Source: Lepidodermella squamata
Lineage: Eukaryota; Animalia; Gastrotricha
Assembly (NCBI GenBank): GCA_047495785.1
Contig: JBLDXI010000025.1
Location: 372,001 to 436,000, forward strand
DNA: 64,000 nt
Direction of reading: 5' to 3'
The notes under the pieces are model-generated. The model made no database searches, was not told where the DNA came from, and worked only from the letters and a program-made list of their open reading frames with translations. Every line of letters starts with the position of its first letter. Position 1 is the first letter of the stretch. Shown here in pieces: positions 11,436-22,979 of the stretch. The position numbers were made by a program, and so were the translations under genes.

Positions 11436-13194
11436 ATGCATTTTGTCACTGTTTTACTCTTGCAGTTCGCGGCCTCTTCCCTGGCTTGCCAACCTTCAAT
11501 CCAGGCTGCAGCTAAGGCCGAAGCCACCTGCCCAACAGGATTCACGTGTCAAGCTACGACTACGACTACAACGACGCTTTCTCCGCGCAGCATTTGCAAC
11601 ACGTCGAACAACGTCTGCAATCCGCTCTCCGTTGAGTACTGCCCAAAAGCGATAGCCGACGGTTTCACTGATGGTAGCAAATCGTGCACTACAGTTGCTA
11701 ACATTTGTTTCGGCTCAAACTTCTGCCTGGCAAAATCTGCGGAATATTGCCCGAAGGCAGTGCCAGACGGTATTACAGAATCGACCAAATCCTGCCAGTT
11801 GACGTCAGGTATCTGCGGCGGGGACAACTTCTGCCTCAAGAAAACAACGGATTACTGCCCAACAGCTGGCGGCGTTGCTGATTCGACTAAGGCCTGCGTT
11901 TTGAAGTCAACCATCTGCCCTGCGACGAGTCAGTGCCAGGACAAGGCAACTGATTACTGTGTAGATTCAGCGAAAGCGTGTCAGTCGTCGGCCGCTACCT
12001 GTGTCGGTTCCAATTTGTGCCTATCCAAGACGGCGGAGTACTGCCCGAAGGCCGATGGCACTGTTGACACGGGCAAGGCCTGCAAACAGACGACGGCAGA
12101 TTATTGCCAAACGAGTGGCTCAACCGATGCGAACAAGTTTTGTCAGGTGAAAAGCTCCGACTATTGTCAAACTGCTGGCGCAGCTGATGTCCAGAAGTTC
12201 TGCCAAGTGAAAACTACCGACTATTGCCAGTCTGCCGGCGTTGCTGATGCTCAAAAGTTCTGTCAGGCGAAAGGCACAGACTACTGTCAGACCGGTGGTG
12301 TTGCGGATGCAGCCAAGTTCTGCCAGCTGAGAACTGCCGATTACTGCCAAACAGCTGGCATGGCCTGTAAGCTCACAAATACCGATTACTGCCAGTCGGG
12401 TGGTGCGGCGGATTCGAACAAATTCTGCCAGGCTAAAGCTACCGACTATTGCCAAAGTGGTGGCTCTGTTGATGGCCAAAAGTTCTGTCAGACGAAAACA
12501 GTCGACTACTGTCAATCCTCCGGTACTACGGATGCTAACAAGTTCTGTCAAACGAAATCCGTCGATTACTGTCAAACTGGCGGTACAATAGATGCGAGCA
12601 AATCATGCCAAGTTGCGCCTACTACAAAGGTTAGCCCTCGAAAAAGAGACATGACAATCGTTTGTTTAACCGCTCTGATTCATCATTTAGCATCAAACAG
12701 GCATTTTCAACGTGAACTCAGACTCACTCAAGCTTGAATCCGGCATATGCTCAACGACAGGAAGTGTAGCCCCTTTTACAGACTTGCTGAAATCGGTAAG
12801 CTCCATAGTTGGTAATGGAAAATCTTGAAATTTCCGATCGTTTCAGACTGGCCCAGCGGGGCAATACAACAGCTTTGACGCGTGCTGCCAGAGCTTGGTG
12901 ACTGATCCGGGCAACCCTACGATCAAGTACATGACTCTCGTTAAAAACGGCAAAGGCATCACGATATGTTCTTACGGCAGCATCTACAGCATTACGCTTT
13001 CCGGGTCCGGGACTCAGATGTGCCACGATGCGCCCTTCTTTGCACCTTCAGGTGCCACGGTTTTGAACTCTTACGATTCATTCATCGAATGCTGCTTGGC
13101 GATTAGTGCTTCGGCGGTTACATTGGCTCGGATCGGCATCTCCGACGGATATTCAATTCTAGCGACCCGGTGCTACTTTAATCTTGCATTTTAA
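11436..13194 (+). CDS. Secreted Cys-rich tandem-repeat protein, paralog P1 (~548 aa), unknown family
   Basis: Exons 11436-12629, 12691-12795 and 12847-13194. Signal peptide, CQPS..CPTGFTC, poly-Thr, several longer 4-Cys units, about 9 DYC-type units and a C-terminal DACC/ECC domain. Exon structure is shared with three paralogs. Confidence 0.85.
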
Positions 13195-13306
13195 GGCATC
13201 TCAAGAAGAAGGAAACATGTTAACCCACAAGAATTTTTACCAAACTTAATAGCGACGCGTGATAATGAAAGTGTCCTCTTTCCGACGATGCCGATCTGTA
13301 TGCTTA

Positions 13307-14111
13307 GGGTAAACCGCCCTAATTCTGCATAAAAAATGTCGTCCGACTTAGACGCGATCGTTCTCGGCCGCCTTGAGGTATTTTGAAATTTCCTTTTAGG
13401 GGTAGGTGGGTCCGACCCTCAATTGCGTAACCCCAAAAGGAGAAATTCGGGCGACGCACCGTTTGCGCGCAGCAGCTGTCGCACGCGAGTGAGCGCCGGT
13501 TATGCAGCATTAGGATCATTGTCGCAATTTTGCATAAAATTTTGATTTTCTGGCCAAAATTGCATACTCGTTCAATTTTAATATTTTTTTCTCGGCCTTC
13601 TCATGAATTGGGTAAAATTTCATGCTGAATACGCTGGTCACATCAGATTTCATGTTGTTCTAATTTTTATTGTGGATTTTGAAGTCGCAAGAATAGCTTG
13701 CGAGCTTCGCCATAAAAATGGCGAATCCTCTGCTGTCCGAATCCACAATAAAAATTAGAACAACATGAAATCTGATGTGACCAGCGTATTCAGCATGAAA
13801 TTTTACCCAATTCATGAGAAGGCCGAGAAAAAAATATTAAAATTGAACGAGTATGCAATTTTGGCCAGAAAATCAAAATTTTATGCAAAATTGCGACAAT
13901 GATCCTAATGCTGCATAACCGGCGCTCACTCGCGTGCGACAGCTGCTGCGCGCAAACGGTGCGTCGCCCGAATTTCTCCTTTTGGGGTTACGCAATTGAG
14001 GGTCGGACCCACCTACCCCTAAAAGGAAATTTCAAAATACCTCAAGGCGGCCGAGAACGATCGCGTCAAAGTCGGACGACATTTTTTATGCAGAATTAGG
14101 GCGGTTTACCC
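13307..14111. mobile_element. Foldback MITE, 805 bp, with 372-bp near-perfect arms
   Basis: Arms 13307-13678 and 13740-14111 (one mismatch seen) with a 61-bp spacer. Termini gggtaaaccgcc/ggcggtttaccc, flanked by TA on both sides. Confidence 0.9.
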
Positions 14112-14213
14112 TACAATATACAAACTGAATTTTCTCCGTGATGCGAACATCTACAGCGTAACTGTTAAAATAAATGAAGTGCGAAGAATTTTCGACCAAT
14201 TTCCTTCTTTGTT

Positions 14214-14250
14214 ACAAATTGTGACGTTTCGTCGAAACGTCACAATTTGT
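14214..14250. repeat. 37-bp palindrome (18-bp arms, 1-nt centre) within a larger imperfect inverted repeat (14179-14266)
   Basis: acaaattgtgacgtttcg-t-cgaaacgtcacaatttgt. Confidence 0.8.
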
Positions 14251-14612
14251 CGAAAGTTCTTCGCACTGCTTTTTTGCATTAAAAATGTCACAGAAGAAAA
14301 TGAGTCCGGCTAAAGTTTTGATAAAATATGCTTTACCAATTATTTCGCAGGAAATTGGATTTTACGAATTTCGGCCCGAATTCAGTATAAAACGATGAGA
14401 CAAGGCTATTGATATAAAGGCTGCTTCCGTTCCAGTTTATGCCAAATGTATTCCAGGATTTGCGTGCATGGCTATAAACAAAAAAGAGCAGTCGTTACAG
14501 TACAGTGTGTCCAAAATCCGTTTCGTCAATTCGTGAAATCTTTCCACGAGGCTACTACCGTTCGATAGAGCCATCACCTATTATCATACGATCGAAGCTT
14601 AGCAAGTACCAG

Positions 14613-14669
14613 CATGAGACGTTGCTAGGACGCCGAAGCTTGAATACTAGCTACTAGCTACGTCTCATG
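14613..14669. mobile_element. 57-bp remnant/excision footprint of the CATGAGACG-TIR element family
   Basis: 8-bp TSD agtaccag (14605-14612 and 14670-14677). Contains 33 bp of the left end, an 8-bp filler and 16 bp of the right end of the element at 37999-39035. Confidence 0.88.
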
Positions 14670-15563
14670 AGTACCAGGTAAGCGAAATCCTATTTTTAAG
14701 GTCGAAAAAGACAACAATATTCTAAAATACTTTTTCGCTCACATCAAAAGTCATTTTAAATGCAAGATTTTCATGAAATGACCACTGAAGAACTTGGAGT
14801 GAACATGCCAACGGCCAGCCGATCATCGATCATCATCAGTTCGATCAATCGCTTCTATTTATAGGTGAAATTTTAGCTTTCAAAGCTTCACGGTGTTTGC
14901 AAAATACTCTTTACCTATATGCGTATCGAGGCGTGAAAACATATATTATGTATCGTAATCGAGTTTTCAAGTGCTCTAACGTGTTAATTAGAATATTAGC
15001 CTCATAAAAGGCCGGTTGGTAGGTAAAATCCGCCCCCGAAGTGCTCAAACTAATTATGAAAATTACAGAATAATTAAAATGATGGGGTCCCCTACAAAGT
15101 AAGGGAAATTTAGTAGAAGGCTTCAAAACAAAGGCTTCAAAGCAACATGACCTCAAAGCTAATCAACAAGCTTGCAACAGCATGCAAAGTTTCCTGCGAA
15201 CCAATTTTCTAATTTCCTAACATTTCCTAGCCAAAAATGACTCTTTCCAAGCAAAATTATGCAACTTCTGCATTTCCGAACGCAAATTTCCTATATTTCT
15301 CAAAAATTTCGTGCGGGCCAGGCACGCGGTTTCGGCATGTTTTCCAGCTCTGTCATAATGCATACGCCTCGATAACAGAATCAGGCTACTGATACTGAGT
15401 GATGAAGCGAGATGTTTCAGCGAGACTCTTTGTTTGTGCACGTCTCAAATGGCCACCTGTCGAGTCAATAATTACATTGCCAGTTCTGAGTCAATTTTAC
15501 TGCGTAACAGGCGTCACGCTTGGCTGCACCTGACGTTTACCCAAGTTGTCTCAGCCTGGCTAA

Positions 15564-15572
15564 TATATAAAA
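15564..15572 (+). promoter_or_regulatory. Candidate TATA box of Kunitz gene K1
   Basis: tatataaaa about 70 bp upstream of ATG 15633. Confidence 0.45.
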
Positions 15573-15632
15573 CACCCTAAATTCAACTCATTGAAAGCAG
15601 TCACATTTTTAACAACGCGACATTCGAATACG

Positions 15633-17020
15633 ATGAGCATTGCTATCCGTTGTTTAGTCAACCTCGCTTTAATCGCGAGCAGCGTATTGGCGCTGAGTAC
15701 GGAGAAACGGCGCACGATTTGCCGCTACCAGCCCGAAGTCGGCGAGTGCGATGAAGAAATCACCCGTTACTACTTCGACGTTAATACGGCTCAGTGCGAG
15801 AAATTTTCATACGGCGTAAGTTAAATATCAACTAAGTTTTAAGTATTACCTCCATTTTTCTCCTTCATTTTCCTTTATTTTCGATTAATTTCTTGTTAAT
15901 TTCGATTTCTTTTAGCTTCTGAATAACTGGAAGAAAATTCAAACTTCGAATATTCATTTTAAATTTATTATTAAATTCTGAAAATTTCAAATCGTCAATG
16001 GTTTTTTCTTCACTTTCTCCCCATTTGAAATGAAAATGTTAGACCGCTTGATTATTTTTTTTTAATTCTTAAAATTTAAAATGAATCGATATTTGAATGT
16101 GATTGCAATTTTCAATTTAGGGCTGCGATGGCAATCGAAATAACTTCAAGACGGAAAAGGCCTGCAAGCGCTTCTGCGGTTCGTTAATCAAGCCAACCGA
16201 GGCGCCGCCCGTCGACAAGGAACTGATTTGCAAGATGGAGTTCGAAACCGGCGAGTGCCGCGCCGACTTTGAACGCTGGTACTACGACTCGGCGTCGGAA
16301 AATTGCAAAACATTCAGCTACGGAGTAAGTAATATAATATAATATGATATAATATACAGATTTCATTTCACCTAATATTTTTCAAGTAATCAAATCTCAA
16401 AAATTACAAATTTTATATAAAATAAAAACAATATTTAAAATTTGAAATAAAATTTAAAAATCTGAAAAATAGTTTTTGAATAAATTTGTGAGAAATTTCA
16501 AAAATTTGGGAGTAAAGGCTGCTTTTTAATGTTCGAAAAACACGTTTTGTCCAAGGATACCGCACTCGTTACGGTACAAATTTTAAAATTTAATTGTTCA
16601 ATGTTAAGTTTTTGGAAAATTCAAAATTTTTACAAAAATCGAAATTCTTTATATATGAATTCAAAATATCTGCTTTCATTAATTATTGAAAATTAGCTAG
16701 CATTTTTTCTAGTCAAATTTGATAACCTTTCATTTTCCCCTACGGAACAGGGCTGTTTTGGCAATGCGAATAATTTTGAAACGAAGGAAGCTTGCGAGTT
16801 GTTCTGCGGCGACCAAGACCGTGCGCCGAGGTTCCCTGACAGCCAGGCTATGCCCGAGACGACCACCTTTGACCCGTACGCGCTTGAAGCCGCCGAACTG
16901 AACGAAATTCTCGAAGGCTGGTCGAATATGACGAGCACTACAACGGCGAAGGCCGATGGTGAAACTACAACCCTAGCTGCCAAGATCAACCATCGACGTG
17001 AAGCTGATTTCTCGTTTTGA
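15633..17020 (+). CDS. Secreted two-domain Kunitz/BPTI protease-inhibitor-like protein K1 (~218 aa)
   Basis: Exons 15633-15815, 16121-16324 and 16751-17020. Domain 1: CRYQPEVGECDEEITRYYF..C.KFSYG|GCDGNRNNFKTEKACKRFC. Domain 2: CKMEFETGECRADFERWYY..YG|GCFGNANNFETKEACELFC. Confidence 0.92.
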
Positions 17021-19074
17021 ACAACTTGCACGTTTTTGACTTTTAATAACTCGGTTTTGTTGAATATGTTGAATAAAAATGGGCAACTTTTCACAATGCA
17101 TTCTATTAACTTGAATTCCAAGTTCGTAGGCAGAAGTGTAGGTAAAACAGATGATAAAAATTCAAAGTCAGTATGGCGCATTTAATTTATGGTTTTTCTA
17201 CTAACAAAAAATTTGAAATTGTCCCAAAATACAGCTGATATTGCTATATGCTATATTCTGACCTCCAATCCCATGTAATACACGAGCAGCCTAGTCGATT
17301 AATTAACTATTTTAACCAATCCATAACTGAACACCCTGAACTGATTTAACGAAAACTGGGACATATACATTCCGCCCAATTTACCTTCAATTTACCTGGA
17401 ATTGCGTCATTTTCCAATTATTCTCGCACAAATCCTAGATTGACGTTGCCCTCATTTTCACGTAAAAATGTTGCAAAGAAGAGAGGAGAAGATACATATG
17501 GGTGATTTCGAGTTTCTAGAGCTTCCGAAAATTCGATATATCGACACAGTGCTCCCCCGATATAAGCAAGGGGTCGGGGTCCACGCGATTGCTCTTATCG
17601 GGGTTGCTGATATCGAGGGATCACTGTATATCGATGGGTGATTTTTGGAATTTTGACTCTTTGACTCTTTGAACATTCCAGAACATCTCCTCTCTTCTTT
17701 ATTGAAATCGATTATCGAAATCGATTCGAATTCGGAAGAACAAAATCGATAGCATAGCCCTTTAATAGAAAGTTGACCGGACCGGTGATATTTCTAAAAT
17801 TATTCCCAGATGGAAAAGGTGGAAGAAGTGTGGATATACAATATACATATACCTGTACCTCAACAATGTATGGTGAATGCTTTGTCGAAATTACAATGGC
17901 GATGAGTTGTCAGTGTTTAGGCCAATAATATGGCGAAACGAATTCATGTCGCATGGGAACGATGATGAACTTATCAGCGGATTCACACGACTTGAGATGA
18001 ATAATGTCGAGTGTCGTGTTCGGGAGTTGCTTTCACCTGCCCCCTTACTACTAGGAAATCAAAGACTACGTCTGCGCTCTGATTCGGAAACATATATTAG
18101 GTAAGTACATACGCCTTCCGTGTAATCGGTTCCGAAAAATGCGACTGTCGTCTCAGACGGGAGTTTTAGTAAATAGTTGCAAAATCTAAGCGTGCCCACC
18201 CCGCACTTGTTCGTTTTTATGAATAAAAAGCTTAACCGGGCTTGCCGTTGAACATCGCAGATATTTTCATATCGAAGTGGTGATTATTTCATTTTCGACT
18301 CAGTTATTATGCATCTCATGACGAGAAGCTTCCTAATTATTATCATGGGCAACTTATTGCAAGCTGAATCTAAGGCAACACAAGTTGGCACCTACTTGAC
18401 AGACCTCTCAAAATGCCCTAAGGCTAGTGTTATGTGTAAGTCTATCAAATTCCACAAATTTTCACGTTATGATAATATTATGGTTATCATTTGAAACAGA
18501 CAGAAAATTGATGTTAATTTCTGCTACGAGAGGATTTGGCGCAGTTATAAGGTACATGAATCAGCTCGAAATGGAAAGACGAATGGCGACGTGCAAAGCT
18601 ACGCTGGTTTCCAGATCGGTTTGCAACAATCAAGCTACATTTTTTCTATGGGCGCAAATGCTAGCTCGCAAAATAATGCAGGGCAATAAATGATACATTT
18701 TAATTTCTGGGAAGTGCTTGAGAAACAATAGAAGGTAAAATGAAATAAAAAAATAAAACAACATGAAAACCCTGCTTAACCTAGAGGTTTCTTAATCCTG
18801 ATTTGTTAATGCTAAAGTTATCACCGAGGGGTTTGGAATTGACTTGACGCCTCAAGTCAAGTCAAGTCATTTTGGGAACCCATCAAGTCAAGTCGTCCAA
18901 AAAGGGCTCAAGTCTCAAGTCAATTCAAGGCAAACCTCGGGTGTCTCACCAAGAGTTGAACTTCGCATGCGAAATTTAATGTCGCGAAGTTCGCAAAATT
19001 GTGCGAGATAAACCATTAAGTTCCCCGGGCTCATATTTTGACCATGAACATTCAGTACCCATTCCAGTAAGCTC

Positions 19075-19453
19075 ACAACATCTCACTCACTTCATCGCGC
19101 CGATGTATCCGTACGGCGACCCAGCCGCTAACGTGGCCGTTCGTCAAAGGTGGCTCGAGCTCAAACACGCGATGGCCACTGATCCCGCCCTACGACCCAT
19201 CGGCGTGATTCGGCTTCCTGTCCCTGGGGAACAGTGTCAGACAAAGCATGCTGGGCTGGATGGCATCGGCTTGGCATCCTTGCAGCGCCCCATTTCGTTA
19301 CTCTAGACCGACAGCAAAGTAACCGAGGCCATCATCGCCCGCTGGGCGAGCCGGGTGCTAGCTCTCCCTCGTTCGGCCCTTCACCACTTGTGGGTTTGTC
19401 GCAATCGCGTCTGAGGCCTGGTCCCAACGTCGCCGGCTTGATGTTTTTCTAAA
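19075..19453 (+). mobile_element. Degraded non-LTR retrotransposon ORF2 fragment (left part of older copy)
   Basis: HLTHFIAPMYPYGDPAANVAVRQRWLELKHAMATDP, LDGIG and QRPISLL match ORF2 of the minus-strand LINE (LLTHFTSPMTPYCDPAADDALRKRWLELETLMATDP). Ends in a RRLDV-like segment. Confidence 0.75.
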
Positions 19454-20111
19454 TACCGTAAAAACCGAAATTGGGTCCTAGGTCTATAATAGTGCCTCGC
19501 CTGGTTTAAGCCCCCAGTCTGAGCGACGTTTGAACCAATTATCTCAGGCCTAAATTAGTGTCTTGGTTTCTAAATAAATATTTTGCACTTGTAACATGAT
19601 TGAAATTTACTAATTGCATTTCCGAGTTCGTTTTAGCAAACATTCAATTTAATTGATGCGAAGCACAAATCGGATCTGAATATAAATGCCTGTTAGTTGA
19701 GATGAGTTATCGAACGAAACGAAAATCTGTTTTATTTGTCCTTAGTTGACATACAAATTAAATTTAAAGGCAGAAAATAATAACAGTGAAAATACATATG
19801 TCAGACCAGGCGCCGGCACACAGAGGACACGCGATTGTCTAAGACAGTTCGCGGATGACACTATTGGGGAGGCAGAAAGGAAGGATTTATCAGAAGCGCA
19901 AGTGTTATCGGGTGCGGGTAGATAGGAAAGTGAACGAAAGTGCTAGAACAGTTCAGAAGACATAGAGCAACGTAAATGAAGAGAAGAGCATGAACAGGAA
20001 TGATGAGAAAAAACAGAGACAGAAGGAAGGAATAGAAAGAAAGTCGGACAGAGACAGAACAGAGGATAAGAGAAGGACGGAGAATACAAGGAATAAAGGG
20101 GAAAGGGTGGA

Positions 20112-22979
20112 CTAAGTCACAAAGACAGGGAGCGGGCCCGACGACAGGCGGTCATGGAGGACGACTACGGGTGACTTCATCGTCGTCGGCGGACGTAAGC
20201 GGACGCTTTCGATTTGCTCGCGAAGTGGCAGGACATATCTGCAAGCATTCTCTGCGTAGCGGGCTTGAACCTGGCAGAAAAACTCTGAAAGGCTAGGCAG
20301 GCGACAGCGCCGCTCGAGTTCGGTGATACGAACACGGTCAGCGAGGCGTACGTTAAGCATGGCGCGCAGGCACTTATTCTGCAGGACGTCGAGGCGGCGC
20401 AACTGATGCTTGGCAGCGGACGAAAAGGCGACGCAGCCGAAGGAAGCGATCGAGCGGACGAGGGCGAGGTAGCTGGCACGACGCCAGCGGAAGGAGAGTC
20501 CAGGGCGCCGAACGATTGTGTGGTACCAAGAAAGATTTTGCCCGCAGCGGCTCAGAATACGGTCCAAGTGGGGCTTCCACGAGAGCTTGGCGTCAAAGTG
20601 AATGCCTAAGACGCGCAACACTTCGACCTGAGGGATAGCAGAGCCATTGAGCGATAAATGCAAGACTGGTGGCTGGCGCCCGAAAGCGAGCGCTTCACTT
20701 TTAGAGGCGTTGAACTGTTGGCGCCAAAGCCGGGCCCACGAAGACACTCGGTCGACTTCCGCTTGTACCCGGGACTCAGCCTCCAGAAACGACACACCGG
20801 TACCGAGGACGGTCAAATCGTCAGCGTAGGCGTCAAGGACGCTACCAGGAGCGCTAGAGGCACCCAGGAGATCCGCGGTGAATAAGATGTAGAGCAGAGG
20901 CGACAGCGGTGAGCCCTGTGGCACTCCGCAATTAACCACAACGGAGCGACTAAGGAAACCGGCCACGCGGGCCTGCAGTTTGCGGTCGCGCAGAAAATCT
21001 GTGAGCCAGCCGATGAGGTTCCGCGGCAGAGGCGGTGGACGAGGCCGGCGTGCCATACGGAGTCGTAAGCCGCCTTCACATCAAGACCCACAACGACCAA
21101 CTTGAGTTTGTCAGCACGGCACTGGTACGCCCGATGAGCGATTTGGACGGGAATGTCGACAGCGGAGTGGTGCTCGCGGAACCCATACTGATTGTCAGGC
21201 AGAAGGTGTCTATCCTCTAAGAAACGACTCATCCAGCGCGCAACGATCGCCTCCAATATCTTACCATCAGAAGGCAATAGCGAAATCGGGCGTTGAGAGC
21301 TAACGGCGTCAGACGGCTTACCCGGCTTGGGAACAGCGACAACAATCGGGCAGGGCGAATTGGCTACCGAGACACATATTGTAGAGGCGCCGAAGGTGAG
21401 CCTGCAACGGAACGCCACCCCACTTGTAATAGACATTACCGACGCCGTCGATCCCTGGAGCCTTGAACGGTTGCAGACGGTCGATCTCTTGAGCAAGCAT
21501 GCGTTGGCTTACACTGAAGTCGTCAGGGCCTGGCAGATGAATCGTAGCCTTGCTTTGAAGGTCAGGATCGGTGGCCATCAGGGTCTCAAGCTCGAGCCAA
21601 CGCTTGCGCAGGGCGTCGTCGGCGGCCGGGTCGCAGTAGGGCGTCATCGGCGAAGTGAAGTGGGTAAGTAACTCGTCAGCAAGCGAAGCGGACGGTGCCA
21701 GAACAGTTCCATCGTCCAGTTTCATGTGCCCACTGGAGCGCCGCGGCTGATGTCGGTCGAGCCGCCGGAGCCGGACCCACGCCTCGCGATACCGAAGTTG
21801 TCCTGAAAGAGCCTCAACCATACGCAGATTCGCAACGTCGCGGCGGAACTCGTGCTGTTGCTTAGCTTCTCGAAACTCGCCGTCCAGTCGCTTGATCTCT
21901 ACTGCCAACTGGGGATCACAATGAGGGCCAATCGCGCGCTCAAGAACACGCTTCTGCTTCAGGATCAAGCGCATACCGGCAGACATGGAAATCTTCCTCA
22001 GTTCACTGCGGTCACATAGGGGTACATGAAGGCGACGCGCCTCGACGATAGCGGCATTGATGGCACGGCGGTACGCAAGCAGCCGGTCCAGAGGGTCGCC
22101 AACCTGCGGAAGAGGAATAGCAGGCAGGAGGTCCCACAGCGTCCGTTGAAAGCCTCTACGATCGGCTCGAGAGAGATCAAACCGCGGGGCGGGGTCAGGA
22201 GGAGGCAGCAAGCGACGAGCTCCGATCACAGGTATTTCGAGGCAGAGCGAGATACTGAAGTGGTCGCTACTGAGGCGGTCACCCACGGTAACTCCCCCGC
22301 TGAGAAATTGCAAAGCGGCGTCATTGACCACCCAAACATCCAGGGTCGAGAGAGAGCCAGTGCGGAGATCGATATGAGTCGGGGCGGACTTTAAGACGGT
22401 GAGACCGAGCCGGGCCACCATGTGATGTAGGTGATAGCCATGCGGATTCCAATGGTCAGCTTCACTCCACAGAGGAGACTTGGCGTTCAAATCGCCGCCG
22501 AAAACACAGGGCGTGCGGGACGTGTTTGCCTCTTCAAACTCCTGCTCAAGAAACCGCAAATCCAAGTCAGAGGACGGCGGGCAATATCCGGTGACCAATC
22601 GAATCACAGCAGAACGAGGGTCGGGGATGACATCAATACGCAGCCACTCACTGCGCTTCCTGCCAGACAGCGGCATCTTACGTTCACGAACGACAGTGAC
22701 GCCTTCACGGACTAAGAAAGCAGAGCCGCCACAGGAGCCACGGTACAACAGATCGTCCGGGGCTTGCTCCCTGTCACATCTAAACACGGCATAGCGATGG
22801 AAAAAGACAGAGGAGAGGGGGAAGAAATAAGTCTCTGAGAGAAAAACAAATAGCGCATCAACATCTTCAGCCAAGTAACTAACTTCAACAGGCTTTCCGT
22901 TAGCACCTTGGGGATTCCACTGCATCATTACCACGAGATCAGTTGTCGTCGTCGTAGCGATAGCGGTCACGGTCGACAC
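20112..22979 (-). pseudogene. LINE ORF2 (APE endonuclease-reverse transcriptase), broken by two frameshifts
   Basis: QWNPQG, LSET, GDLNAK, LDV, SSDH (APE); KAPGIDG, RPISLL, QYGFR, LDVKAAYDSVWH, GVPQGSPLSP, YADD, LGIHFD (RT). Spread over three frames, with shifts near 21350 and 21035. Confidence 0.9.

Noticed and set aside
11436-13194. Direct assignment as an antifreeze protein, metallothionein or EGF/laminin protein
   Set aside because: Cys spacing and composition do not match those families, and the TxT motif is absent. Kept only as a structural analogy.
13319-14099. Mirror 66-aa ORFs
   Set aside because: By-product of the foldback arms.
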